Source of the DNA: Paraspadella gotoi
Taxonomy: Eukaryota > Animalia > Chaetognatha
Assembly (NCBI GenBank): GCA_051294375.1
Contig: CM119267.1
Location: 25,931,293-25,995,292, forward strand
DNA length: 64,000 nucleotides
Direction: 5' to 3'
Under the pieces are notes generated by a model. The model did no database searches. It was given only the letters and a program-made list of their open reading frames with translations, and was not told the origin of the DNA. Of the stretch, positions 13,601-26,700 are shown in pieces; the stretch's first letter is position 1; every line of letters begins with the position of its first letter. Position numbers and translations under genes: made by a program.

Positions 13601-16600
13601 CTGCGTAAGAGCATCATCGGCAGCCGAAACAACGACAAGCCAAAGTTGACAGGAATCGTTCAACCTTTGACCTCCCAGGTTTCTTTCTCCATTTTAATTT
13701 TATTGTTATTTTTTTTTATTGTATTCGTCAAATAAAGGTACCATGCAACTAAGCTGTCGATAACGATAGCAACATTTTACTTTAACAATGATAAAAAAAA
13801 TTTATCATTTTTTTTTTTTTTTAGAAATTGTAACTTTAATTTTCCTCGGTACTTTATTATTTTTTTTTAATTGATAATCGCAAAATATATTTTTTCTTTC
13901 TGTTTATAAATTAATTTTCTTTTCTCAAATTTTATTTTTTTTGTATCAAAATTTGTCGTCAGTCCAGATTTTTCTTTTGCGATTGCGACGATCCTTATGC
14001 ATTTAAGATTTTTTTGTCATCCGTTGAATTTCTGGAGTCGCTGTGATTCTCCGTCTCCATTTTTGCCTGACAGAATGGAGTATCTGGTCGTGGGCTGGAG
14101 ATGGACTCGGCCCTTCCATCGCCCTACGCCAGAATGGGTCCACGCGGGCGAAGGACCGGGAGCGGAACCGCTGACGAATCTCGCCTTGCCAAATCATCCA
14201 GTCAGTTTTGAGATTCTCTTTTCTCTGTATTATTATTTATTGATTATCATGTATTTTCTGATGTTTTTTTAGTCGGTCGTGAAGATAGCGCCTCTTCCGT
14301 TCATTCGATGGATTCCAACGCAGGCGCCCGATCTGGAAGCGACTCGGTCCACTCCGCCACGCCCCCCGATTCTCCTCTCGGCGGCAGCAGGTTTTTCGCT
14401 TTCCTTTTTTTTTTATTCCTCCTTTTTTTCCTTTTTTTAGTCTGATCTGCTTGTCAGCAGATCCCGACTCTATAATTTACTTTGTCGGTCCGTTGGTCCG
14501 CCCCCTCAATATTTTCGGGCATTCACTTATATCATGTCAGAACATTGAATTATGATAAATTATGCAAAAAACCGATGTCCGTCTGTCCGTCCATCTGTCT
14601 GTCCTTAACAAAAAACTGATTGGATGGATGGGAATGAAATTTTGTGTGTGGGTAGGTAAGTGTGTGATTGAGCTAGATATGAAGTTTCGATGGAATCGGG
14701 CGACTGGAAATGAGTTTAAATGGAAAAAACAAAACAAATATATTTGAACGCCAATTGCTCATGAGTGGATGGGGCGATTGACTTGAAATTTTGTATGTGG
14801 GTAGGAAATTGTGTGATTAAGCTGGAAATCAATTTTTGATGGAAATGAGTTTAAATGGAAAAAACAAAAAACCTGTTTCACTAATTGATTATGCTTCTTT
14901 TTCTTTTTATATTAAATGTAAATACAAGATGTGTTAATTAATCAAATAATTAATTAGTTAATTAATCAATTAGTTAATAAATAATTAATTTATCGGTCAG
15001 TTAATCAATTATTCAATCAACAAACATTTCGGATCAAATTAATTAATTTAATAATTAAATTATTATTTTAGTTTATATAGTTTGTATTAATTAATTAATT
15101 AAATACCGCTATTATTAAATTATCAAATATTTTTATTATCATGATTAAAATATGTAATCCTTAAAAAAATAATAAATTATTATTTGAAAATATTGTATGA
15201 ATCCTTTCTTTTGTTGTTTGTTGAGATTAATTAAAAACGGAATAATTATTAATTAATCGATTAATTATTAAATAATTAATTTTAATATGTAATAAATTAA
15301 TTTTAAATTTATATTCAACTTATCATCATCGATTCCTTAAAAAATTGGGTTAGGACAGTTATTAAATATGTTTTGTTTACATTTTATCAAAACAAACAAA
15401 TATCCTTTATTTTATTTTAATGCTCCTTGTCTCTCTCTCTCTCTCTTTTTATGGCAATTGCGACGATCTTTTATGCTTTTAAGATTTTTTTAACTTGCAT
15501 CATTTTTTCACAATTAATTAATTAACTAATTAATTAAAACATTATTAGTAATCATTAATATAAAAGATTCAAGTAAATGTGACTTATGTTTTTTTCCATC
15601 TAAACTCATTTCCACTGGCACAATTCCGTCAAAACTTTAATATAATTATTATATATTAATAAATATTTAAAAGCTTCAGTGCAACAACCCAATGAACTAA
15701 ATCAAAAAGTTACATTGAAAAATCGATTTAGTAGTAAAGGAAAAAAAGATTTTTTAAAGAGAAACTAGAAGTTATAAAAAGTGTTCAATTTTGGCCCGCC
15801 TTACTAGATATTAGGCCGGAAGCAGGTTGAAAACTAGAAAGTTCTCTCAAATGGTTAATGGTTTAAGCCGACTATTAAAATAATAAATGAAAATGAAATA
15901 ATTTTTAAAATTTTTGCTTATCAATTTTTTTTATAGATTCTGATAGAGCTTTAAAAGTTAGATAAAGGTTATTAATACAAACTTTTTTTGTTTGTTATTA
16001 ATGAAAAATTTAAAAAATAAAATCCAGCCAATAATGATGATGATGATGATTTTTTAAGGTTTTTCTATTTTTAACCAATTTATTATCAAAATTTGAAAAA
16101 ATTATAGTACTAACTTTCATTTAACTTTTTAAGCTTTACAAGAACCCGTTCTTAAAAAATCAAATAGTTAAGGGATAGAAAGTGAAAAGAAAATGAAATT
16201 TGTGAAAAAATGAAATATGAAGAATTTTAAGTGTAAGTAAATGATTAAAATGAAAAATTTAAGGAGTAAAGAAAGATGCTCAAAATGAGCTGGCCCCCGC
16301 TTGGTTTATGCAAACGAAGGGCATGGACGATGGTGACGGTCATTGGCGCGTCAGTGTCTGAGAGGAGAGTGCGACTGAACCGGTAAATTCTGCACCGGGG
16401 ATTGTACCAGGCGAAAAAATTCCCAATGCCACTCTAATGTCTCTCTGACCTGATACGCCTGCCGGCTGCCCTCTTCTCACGCCTGCTGGCGAGGTGGGCG
16501 ATTGTCTATTTTTGCCGCTTTTGCGACATGGATGAATAGACTCCTCTCTTCCTCCCTGAAGCCGTCGTTTTGGGCGACGCTCAGTCCACAGAGAGAGGGG

Positions 16601-18414
16601 ACTGAGTTGCTGCATTTGAAGGAGTGGCATCAGTTTGCCCTTGCCTGCTAAGGGTCTCCGCCTGTCCGTTGAGTGGAACGGGGAATCATTGTGCGGCGTG
16701 TGGCGGCGGGGCCTCCACCACGCTTTGATAAGCGAATCATAGTTGGAGGGAGGTCGAATCGTCCTCCATCACGGTTCAAAGGGGCTCGAGGGCTTTGATG
16801 TAGACTGCCTCTCTAATACTCTTGAGAACAGTTGGTCATGGGACAGCACGAGACAGTCGAATCTCTGAACAATGGCCTGTTTTCTGCTGAATCTCAGCTA
16901 TGCGGACAATAGTGACCTCTGGCGTCACGGTAAGGCTTTTTATGTTGCCTGGAACGATCTGAAGAGATTTGCCTGTCTCGCCCACGTATGCTGCTGTGCA
17001 GGCTTGTACCCGCCCTGCACAGGCCGCCATAGACGCTCCTGATGTTTTCGTCTGGGGATTTATCTTTCGGTTTCACCAAATGCTCACGTAGGAGCCGCGG
17101 GCGTCACTGAAAGGTGGAGATCCTGCTTTGCTAGCACCCGCCACCAATGTCAGTGATCCCCTGGTGGTAGGGAGGACAAGGCCCACGTTCCTTGGGCGCT
17201 TTCTGCTTATCTCCATTTGCGCTGTGGTGGGCGCGGTTGGCTCATTTTGAGCTCTTTTTACTTCCTTAAATTTCATTTTAATCATTTACTTAACACTTAA
17301 AATTCTCATATTTCATTTTTCACAAATTTCATTTCATTTTTCACTTTCTATCCCTTAACTATTTATCCACTATACAATTGTTAAATTTACTAATTTTAGT
17401 TTCAAAGCATTTATCTTTGTTGTACATTGCACAATGTATCATTTATTATTTATTAGCTCATTTTGAGCTCTTTCTTACTCCTTAAATTTCATTTTAATCA
17501 TTTACTTAACACTTAAAATTCTCATATTTCATTTTTCACAATTTCATTTCATTTTTTCACTTCTTATCCTTAACTATTTATCCACTATACAATTGTTAAA
17601 TTTTTCTAATTTAGTTTTCAAAGCATTTATTTTGTTGTACATTGCACAAGTATCATTTATTATTATTTATCCTGTTCTCTCTCTCTCTCTAAGTTTCACT
17701 TCTTTTCACAACTTATTCAATCTGTCCTCACCTTGACCTGTCCTCTCATCTAGACCACTATTCTGTCTCACCACTTTGTTGAAAACTTTTACCCCTATTC
17801 TCTCTCTCTCTCTTCTTCTTCTTATGCACAAATTTTAAACCATTCTGTCAAAACGCTGATGAAGACTTGTAAAACAAGTCGAAACATGTCTGTTCAACTA
17901 TAAAATAAAATTTTGTGCAAACAAAACTTTGTTCAATTCTCTAATTAATAGTAACAACGAAAAAGAAAGGATTACTTCAATTGTCATTTGTTATATATTA
18001 ATAAATATTTAAAAGCTTCCAATGCAACAACCCAATGAACTAATTCAAAAAGTTACATTGAAAATCGATTTAGTAGTAGAATGGAAAAAAGAAATTTTTT
18101 TGAGAGAACTAGAAGTTATAAAAAGTGTTCAATTTGGGCCCGCCTTACTAGATATATTGCATGTGATTAAAACAATGTTATCGGAATAATAATTTCATCA
18201 TTTTTATGTATTTTTGTAAGTATTTTAATTATTTTTATTCTGTGAGTAAAATAACTTTTTTATTCGCTAATTTTTTATTTCGGACTCTCTCTTTTCTTTC
18301 TCTCTCTCTCTCTCGCTTTGCAATTGCAACGATCCTTATGCTCATTTTCTGCTCTCTCTCAACTCTCTCTCATCTCTCTTTGCAATTGCGACGATCCTAT
18401 GATCATTTTTTCTG

Positions 18415-18445
<31 letters not shown>

Positions 18446-21400
18446 AATAATAAAGATTCAAGTAATGTAACTTATGTTTTTTCCATTTAAACTCATTTCC
18501 ACTGGCACAATTCCGTCAAAACTTTATATCTAGCTTCTTCACACACTTTCCTACCCGCTCACAAAAATTTCATCTCAATCTATTATGGGTTAAAATAAGT
18601 AAAAAGATTCAAGTAATGTGACTCATATTTTTTTCATTTAAACTCATTTCCACTTCGTACGTTTCACCGAAACTTTATATCAACATCGTTACACATTTTT
18701 CTACCCACACAAAAAATTTGAACTCAATCTATCCATCCAATTATGATTAATTAGAGTACTTATTGGTTAAAATAATTAAAAATATTTTAGTAAATGCGAC
18801 TTATGTTTTTTCCTCTTAAACTCACGATTCCGTCGAAACTTTATATCCAGCTTTATCACTCACTTTCCTACCCACACACAAAATTTTTTTCCAATCCAAC
18901 CAGCCAATCACGAGTTATTGGAGCTTCTTGCTAAGGTGGGAGGGATGGACGGATTGTTTGACTGATTAATTAATTATTGATTAATTAATTAACGAATTTA
19001 TTAATTAACTGATTAATTATTTGATTTATTAATACATCCTGCTAATACATTTAATATAAAAGGAAAAAGAATCATAATCAATTAGTGAAGCAGGTTTTTT
19101 TTGTTTTTTTCCATTTAAAACTCATTTCCACTCAAAAGATTCCATCGAAACTTGGTTTCCTGTTCAACACACACTTTCTACTCACATACAAAATTCCAAG
19201 GTCAATTTGTCAACTGATATGTCAACTGACATAATTTGAATCAATTAAGATAATTTGGTCAACCGGCATAATTTGGTCAAACTGGCAGAACTTGATCATC
19301 TTGCAGAATTTGGTCAACTAGCATAATTTGGTCAACTGCATATTTGGTCACTGGCATAAGTTGGTCAACACTGGCATAATTTGGTCAACAGGGCATAATT
19401 TTGGTCAACAGCAAATTTGATCAACTTGCAGAATTTGGTCAACTGGCATATTTTGTCAATTGGCATAATTTTTGGTCAATCAATCAATCAATAAATCAAT
19501 CAGAGAGAGATAGAGAGAGAGAAACTTTAAAAAATTCAAATAAATGTGTCTTTTGGTTTTCTAAATTTGAACTCTTTCCACTCCTTACGAATTCATCGAA
19601 ACTTTCATATCCAGCTCAATGCACACACTTCCCTACCATCATACAAAATTTCAAGTCAATTGCCCAATCCACTCATAGAGCAATTTGGCGTTCAAATAGT
19701 GAAATATATTTTTTTGTTTTTTCCATTTAAACCAATTTCACTCCGCGCGATTCCTCTCGAAACTCATATCCATCTCAATCACACAGTTTCCTACCCACAC
19801 ACAAAATTTCATACCAATCCATCCATCCAATCACGAGTAATTGGATTTTTTGCTAAAGGTGGGACGACGGACGGACGGACGGACGGCCATCGTTTTTTTT
19901 TGCATAATTTATCATAATTCAATGTTCTGACATGACATAAGTGTGTGCCCGACAATATTGAGGGGCGCGGACCACGGACCGACAAAGTAGTTATAGAGTC
20001 GGGATCTGCTGATAAGCAGATCCGACTAAAAATCTTCACGGTGTTGCAAATGACAGCGTTTTTTTACCAGCGCTTGTAAATTGTCATCATGTAAATCCAA
20101 CCATATATATATGAATATTAACCAAAATCTTCGGTCCCACCCCTTCTTTCGAAGATTTTTGCCATAGAGATTTTTCCGGAATCTGACTCCCGGTTGAAAA
20201 CTCTTAGAATTCCCGATTAGCTCCTCTTTTACATTTACTTTAAATAGAAATTTCACAAATCTGACTAATTCACTTTACCATGATCGTATCATATTAAAAT
20301 AACTAACTAAAATGTAAAAAAAATTTTGAGAGCCCTTCAGACACTTAGCCAGAGGATTCATGAATTTGACGTCATTTGTTGAACAGGACATACCTCAATC
20401 ACGTTTATATCGTTTTCAAGGAAAAATCCCTTTCATTTCTATATAAAATCAAAGATGGAAAATTTTTCCGTCCAGAAAACAGTCTATTTGTTCTGGCTTG
20501 TTTGATATCAAGATGTTGATGATTTGACAAGAGAAAAAAAATGCCAAGCCCTTCAGATGCAACGGATGGAATCAAGTGTTTGTAACGAATCAACCAAAGA
20601 GAGGTGGGTGGCCGTCGTTGTTCACGCTCGATGGTCGCCGACCAAGAGAGGCCGNNNNNNNNNNNNNNNNNNNNNNNNNATCCCCGCTCTGAGATGCAAG
20701 GAGCTATCTCTGGAATTGGATTTGTACAAGTTTCTCAAAGTGAGGCAGACGAGGACCTGGGTGAATGTGTTCTTCTGGATAGATTGCTACCTGCGTCTGA
20801 GAGATTAGAAATTAGGACTTACACAGGTACAAGGCATAATTTTTCCAATCGTTTTTGAATACCATTCATGAGGTGACAGATGTTGGACAGTGGCGTTATG
20901 TTCCACCAATAAGAATCCAGCCGGATCTGTGTTCCCGTGGTATTGATGCAGATGATTCTTGTATCCTGGAAGTTTTTGCATTGTGGCTTCCCGAGTTTCT
21001 ACTAGATTCGCCTTCACTCTGGCCTATTGAAGAGAAAAGGATTGGTTGTCATGCAACTATTGATTTTCAAAGTGCATACTAATCGAGGCAGCCTGCTTTC
21101 GTCAGCTGTCTTCAGCATTGTCTTTGAGGAATGGCCTCAAAATGTCTCCACATTGGAGAGGTTGATACAGGCCGTTTTGCTATCTGCTCTTCTTTTTGCA
21201 GAACTCTTCAGAGAGCGCCCAAGCCTGCGTCCTTTGACACTTGAAGATGGATGGACAGTTGAGAAGCTCTGTTGCTTCAACTGTCTCCAGGAGCACATTT
21301 TTCGGTAAAGAGATTGCTATTCCTTCAGCCAGCTATCGCCTTCAGTTTTCTTCAGCGCTCGGAAGTCAAAAGTCTTTTCCCTTCGCCGCCTAGGCACCCA

Positions 21401-23705
21401 TTTCATTTGGAAGTGATGGTCTCCTGAGAGTTGGTCGGCCGACTTCAGCGCCTTGTTGGAAGAAGAGTATGATTCGAAGCATCCGATCATTTTGCCTGAC
21501 CTCTTCTCGTATCACCAAGATATCATCCCATTGGCGCCACTGCAGAGAGCGCCATACCGGGGCCTGACCAGATTCTGGCAAAGTTACGCGCAAGTTTTTG
21601 GATCATCAGAGGTCGTTGCTTACTGTCTCAGCGCATGTATTCGACGCTGCACCGCTTGTAAGCGGGCTCATGGAAAACTTTGCAGCAAAAGATGGCTTCC
21701 TTTACCTATGTTTGCGTGTTGCATTGGTTATCCTTTTGAGGTGACTGGAGTGATTTGTTGCGCTCCCTTCTATTTGAAGTCAGGACGTCATACCTCCGGA
21801 AGCGTTGGGTGGCCCTTTTTACTTGTCTCAGATGCGTCTATTCCATTTGGAAACCTCTTCAGGGATATTATCAACTCCTGAGTTTTTGAATGCTTTTGAA
21901 CGTTTTCGTGCTCGACGCCTGTGTCAAGGTTCTTTGGACGCGACAATGGCCCACCAACTTTCGTTTGGTGCAACCAAAGAGTTGGGATGATGCTCTACAC
22001 AGTTGCGAAACCAAGAGGCGAGAACAGTCAAGCATTCATCGTATCCAAGTGGCCTTCAATCCTGCTGAGGCGCCCCATTGGGAGGCGCCTGGGAAATCTC
22101 TCGTCAAGATTACGAAAGAAACTGTTATTTGTCCCTTATTTCAGGGAAAGACGTCTCGGACGTCGTGTTTGGTTACCCTACTCTGCTCAGTTGGAGAACA
22201 TTGTGGAATGATCGTCCTATTACGAGAGGAACCTGAGAGCGGGAAGGATCCGCCCGCGCTTTCCCCGTCCTGTGCTGTTATCCCGGTCTTCCTTGCCCTT
22301 GGTGCGCACCTTGACTGGTTCCTCCGATGTCTGATGGACAGTGCGCCCGCCACTGCATGGCAGCGCAGCGTACGTGCCCTTTGCTTGATGAGTTTTGGAA
22401 GCCGGGTCGGCGTTATTGAATATATTGCCGAGCTGCAGCCAGCGCCAAAAGTGGTACGAAGTCACACCGGCAATCTCAAGATAAGGCGGACATCGTTATT
22501 CATTCAGCGAACGCAAGGCTACCTCGGTCCATTGGAGTCTTTGCCATTATAGAGGAAACCGCTCCGGGGATTGGCACTCATGTGCGCCGGTGTCCGACGT
22601 CCGTACGCGCAAAAGGAACTGTCCTTGACCGAGATTGCCCAAGGCTTGTCCTTCCTCGAATGCCATGAAGAAGACGGAGAAGAACTTGCATATTTCTGAT
22701 TCTATCAACGCTTAGATTTTTTATCTGTGTACAGTGTACATTTTGTATTGTAAATGCTTTTACCATTTTTTATTGTAGATGGTTTTATCATTTTAGTATG
22801 ATTGTAGTTCCCTATTTTTTTAGCTAACGCCATTCTTTTATTATTCGCTTTTAATTAATCAGGGAAAACCCTGATGGCGCGTCGGGTTTATGGAGAAAGC
22901 CGAGCTTTTTATTCGCGATATAATTGTTTAGTTTCGTTTAGATCCGAAGAATTCATTTGTTTCCGTTGAAATATCTGAATTTACTCTTCCCCGCGATCAG
23001 CTGTTATGTAAGCTAACGAAACGAGCGTGTTTTCAGTTTTATCTTTCACAAGTCTTTTACTCTTCAATTCAAACACGTTGTTAAAAATGAAAAGGAAAAA
23101 TACTTTAAATTAATGTTTTGTATTACTTTACTGCCAATGTATTCTCTTTATTTCTGGTAACCCAAATTGAGGTTAGTTTACATTGGATTTATATTGAATT
23201 GTACTTAGGTTATATATGTTACTTTTAAGTTTAAGCGTTAAAAGTTTTATACTAATTTAAGATTGGTATCTATTTTTTGTAAGTTTTAACTTGCACTTGC
23301 CTCCCATCTACTTGAACCTCCTTCTTGCCCTACCTGTCCTCTACATTGCTTACCTATGAATATTTTACCTGAGATTTGGAAATTTGCTATTATCTCAAAA
23401 AGTGCGTTTACTATTTTCTGCCTTTATGTACATTGGTTCTAAGAATATAAGGGTTATATTAAGGTGTTTTACATGTTAGGAATGTTTGGTTTCCAAAGAT
23501 ACTTATTGAGATGTAGTTGAACACGGATTGAATTCAATAATTAATTAGGGCACAAATTAGGGCACTCTAGAAGAAATAGAGATGAACTTGAGATGTTTTA
23601 TTTGCGATAATCTCGGTTTATCTATGGTCGCGCGTTAAGAAGCGCTTCACACTCAAGCCTTATCAGCATTGAAAATCAACCAAATAATTTTATTTCAACA
23701 ACATT

Positions 23706-23740
<35 letters not shown>

Positions 23741-26700
23741 CCAACAAAGAATTTAGTAAAGGAAAGTGGTCAGATGCGAGGACAGGTGAAGATGAGGACA
23801 GGGATGAAAAGGAGAGTGATGTGAAAATTGGTGAAAGGGAGAGAGAGAGGGAGAGAGAGACACAGAGAGAGAGAATAATAGTATACATTAGGCAATGTTC
23901 AAACAAAGATAAATAGTATTATAAACTCAGACATAACAAAGGATTGAATAAATTAAATTAGGCTTGTTTGTGCCATTTTTGAAATAGTGGAAATATTGAA
24001 ATATGAAAAATGAAATGGAAAAAAGGATAGTTTGTTTGAGGATTTAGTTAAGATAAAGAGTAAGATGAAAAATAAGTAAAGAAGAGCTCAAAGTGAGCTG
24101 GCCCCCCCCCAGCCGGCAAAGAGGGATTACTGATGATTCGGTCATAGGCGCGTCATAGGTTGAGAGAGTATTGGGTGAGGTAGTTAGGCTGGCATCTGGG
24201 TAATTGTACCACTGGAAAAATCCCAGTCCACTCATGTCTCTCTGACCTGATACGCCTGCCGTGCCCTCCTCTCACCTGCTGGCTGAGGGGGCGATTGCTA
24301 TTTGCCTTGTTTGGACATGGATGATAAGACTCCTCCCCTCCTCCTGCAAGCCGTCGTTTTGGGCGACGCTCGTCGTACGAGGAGAGCGTGAAGTTGCTGC
24401 ACTTGGGGTGGGCATCAGGTTCCCATTGCCTGATAGGGTCTCCGCCTGCCGTTGAGTGGGAGACGGGGGATCAGTGCGGCTGGGTGGCGGGGGCTCCACC
24501 ACAGTTTTGATAAGCGAATCATAGCTTGGAGGGAGGTCGAATCGTCCTCCATCACGTTCAAAGAGGGCTCGAGGGCTTTGATGTAGAATCGCCTCTCTAA
24601 TACCTCTTGAGAACCAATTTGGGTCATGGGACAGCACGAGACAGTCTTCTCTTCTAAACAATGCCCTGTTTTCTGCATGCTCAGCTATGCGAAAGTAATG
24701 GACCTCTTGCATCTTTGTAGGCTTTTTGTTTGCTGGAATCGATCTGATAGAGATTTGCCTGTCTCCCCACGTAATGCTGCTGAGGCGGTTGGTGCCCCCC
24801 CTGCACAGGCCGCCCCATAGACGGCTCCTGATGTTTTCGTCTGGGGATTTTTCTTTTCGGTTTCACCAATGCTCACGTAGAGCCGCGGGTCGTCACTGAA
24901 GTGTGGAGATCCCCTGCTTTGCTAGCACCCGCCACCAATGTTCAGTGATCCCCTGGTGGTAGGGGAGGACAGTGCCCACGTTCCTTGGGCGCTTTCTGCT
25001 TATCTCCATTTGCGCTGTGGTGGGCGCGGTCGGTCCTTCAGCAGCATAGGCCTCGTTCTTCTCCTGGGGGGTGGGAGGTTAACTTGCGTCAGCAGTTACT
25101 GGACAGCCCCTTGGTGGCCGACTGTCCTCAAGGCCAGGTTCTGCCCGGAACCTGCTTGCTCCATAAGCCACAGAGGGTAACCATGGAGCGCCAGGGCTCT
25201 TTTGACATGGCTCAGGCTTGGCGGCCTGAAGCTCGGGGTCGACGAATCAGCCTGGCTCTTTCTGGTAAGGGCTCTGACTCGTTGGCCGAGCTTGTGCGAC
25301 AAGGGGCATGAGAATCGAAGGGAATATATTGGTCAGTATGGGTCGGTTTGCGGTATACTGAAAATTCCAATGAGCCGCCCTCTTTGCGCTTTACCAGCAC
25401 ATCGAGCATTGGAATTTGACCATTCACCTTTTTCACATGTCCAATTGATGCTAGCTTCAATGCTGTTCAAATGGGTCAGAAGGCTCTCAATGAGATCCTT
25501 GCGCACGGCCAGAATGGTATCGTCTGCTTTCCGATACCAGAAGAGGACTGACTCTGCCCCATGCAGAGATCGAAAAAGAGTCCAAAGCTTCCACCTCATA
25601 GTCCTCCATATAGAAGTCTGCCAGAGGACTTGAGGTTGATTTGCCCATCCCTAAGCCACCCAGGCTGGCATAGTACCGTCCATCGAACCTGAAGTACGCC
25701 AGTTCCAGGTCCAGCCGCAGCAATGCCCATGATATCATCCAATTGTATTGGCGTACGCTCATGCAATGTCCGGTCTCCTCTCAGGCGGCGCTCTGCGGAG
25801 GCTAACGCCAGGCCCTGAGGGATATTTGTAAACATGCTTTGTAAATCACATGAGCCAAGAGATGAGTATCAGGCACTTTGTTTGATGCTGCAACTTTTCT
25901 GTCAGATCTAGAGAATTTTGAGGTGGTGTTGGTTTGCCAACAAGAAGAGGAGTGAGAATGCGTCCCAACTCCTTTGTCATTCCATTGAAAATGGAATTGC
26001 GGGCAGATACGATCGGGCGTAGCGGTAAGCCGGGCTTATGAACCTTCGGCTGACCTCGAAGAAAAGAGGCGGCTGCGTAGAGTCAGGGTTGACTGTGAAA
26101 TACTGACGGGTGCAGTATTCACGTATCTTGCTTGTCACCGTTGGATCTTGGCTCTGTAGGCAAGAGTCGGATCCTTTGCCAAAGGCTTATACGTTTTCCT
26201 TGTCTGATAGCATTGTTAGCACTTTGGATTTGTAATCATGAGCGTTCATGACTACCGCAGCTCGCCCTTGTCTGCGGGGTGAACCATGATTGCATGATTG
26301 CGCTTAGTGAGGCAATGGCCTTGCGACTCATCATACCGACGTTGGATGGGGGCGGGGCTCGTTTGCGTTGAGTACCCGCGCCTGCCTCCGCCCGAAGGGT
26401 TGCCGCCGCTTCGGGTCGTTGATCCAGGAGCCGGGCTCCTGTCTCAATTTCCGACAATGAGGTTAACGACAGGAATATTAAAAGGCGTTGGAACAAAAGA
26501 CAGACCTTTTTCGTAGAATAGACTTCATCTTCCGTTAGAGTGTGATCAGAATGATTCGATAGCCAGCATCCTTGGCCTCCCGGAGCCTCGTCGTCAGAGA
26601 TGCGGAAAAGCTCGTTGCGTCGTCCACATCGTCTATCCTTTTCGAGTTTGATTTGGGCTTGCCGCAGTCGGAGTTTCTCCAGCTTCTGCTTGTGACGGTC

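Noticed and set aside
19220-19480. CRISPR-like array
   Set aside because: Head-to-tail 18-mers with no unique spacers, in a eukaryotic context.
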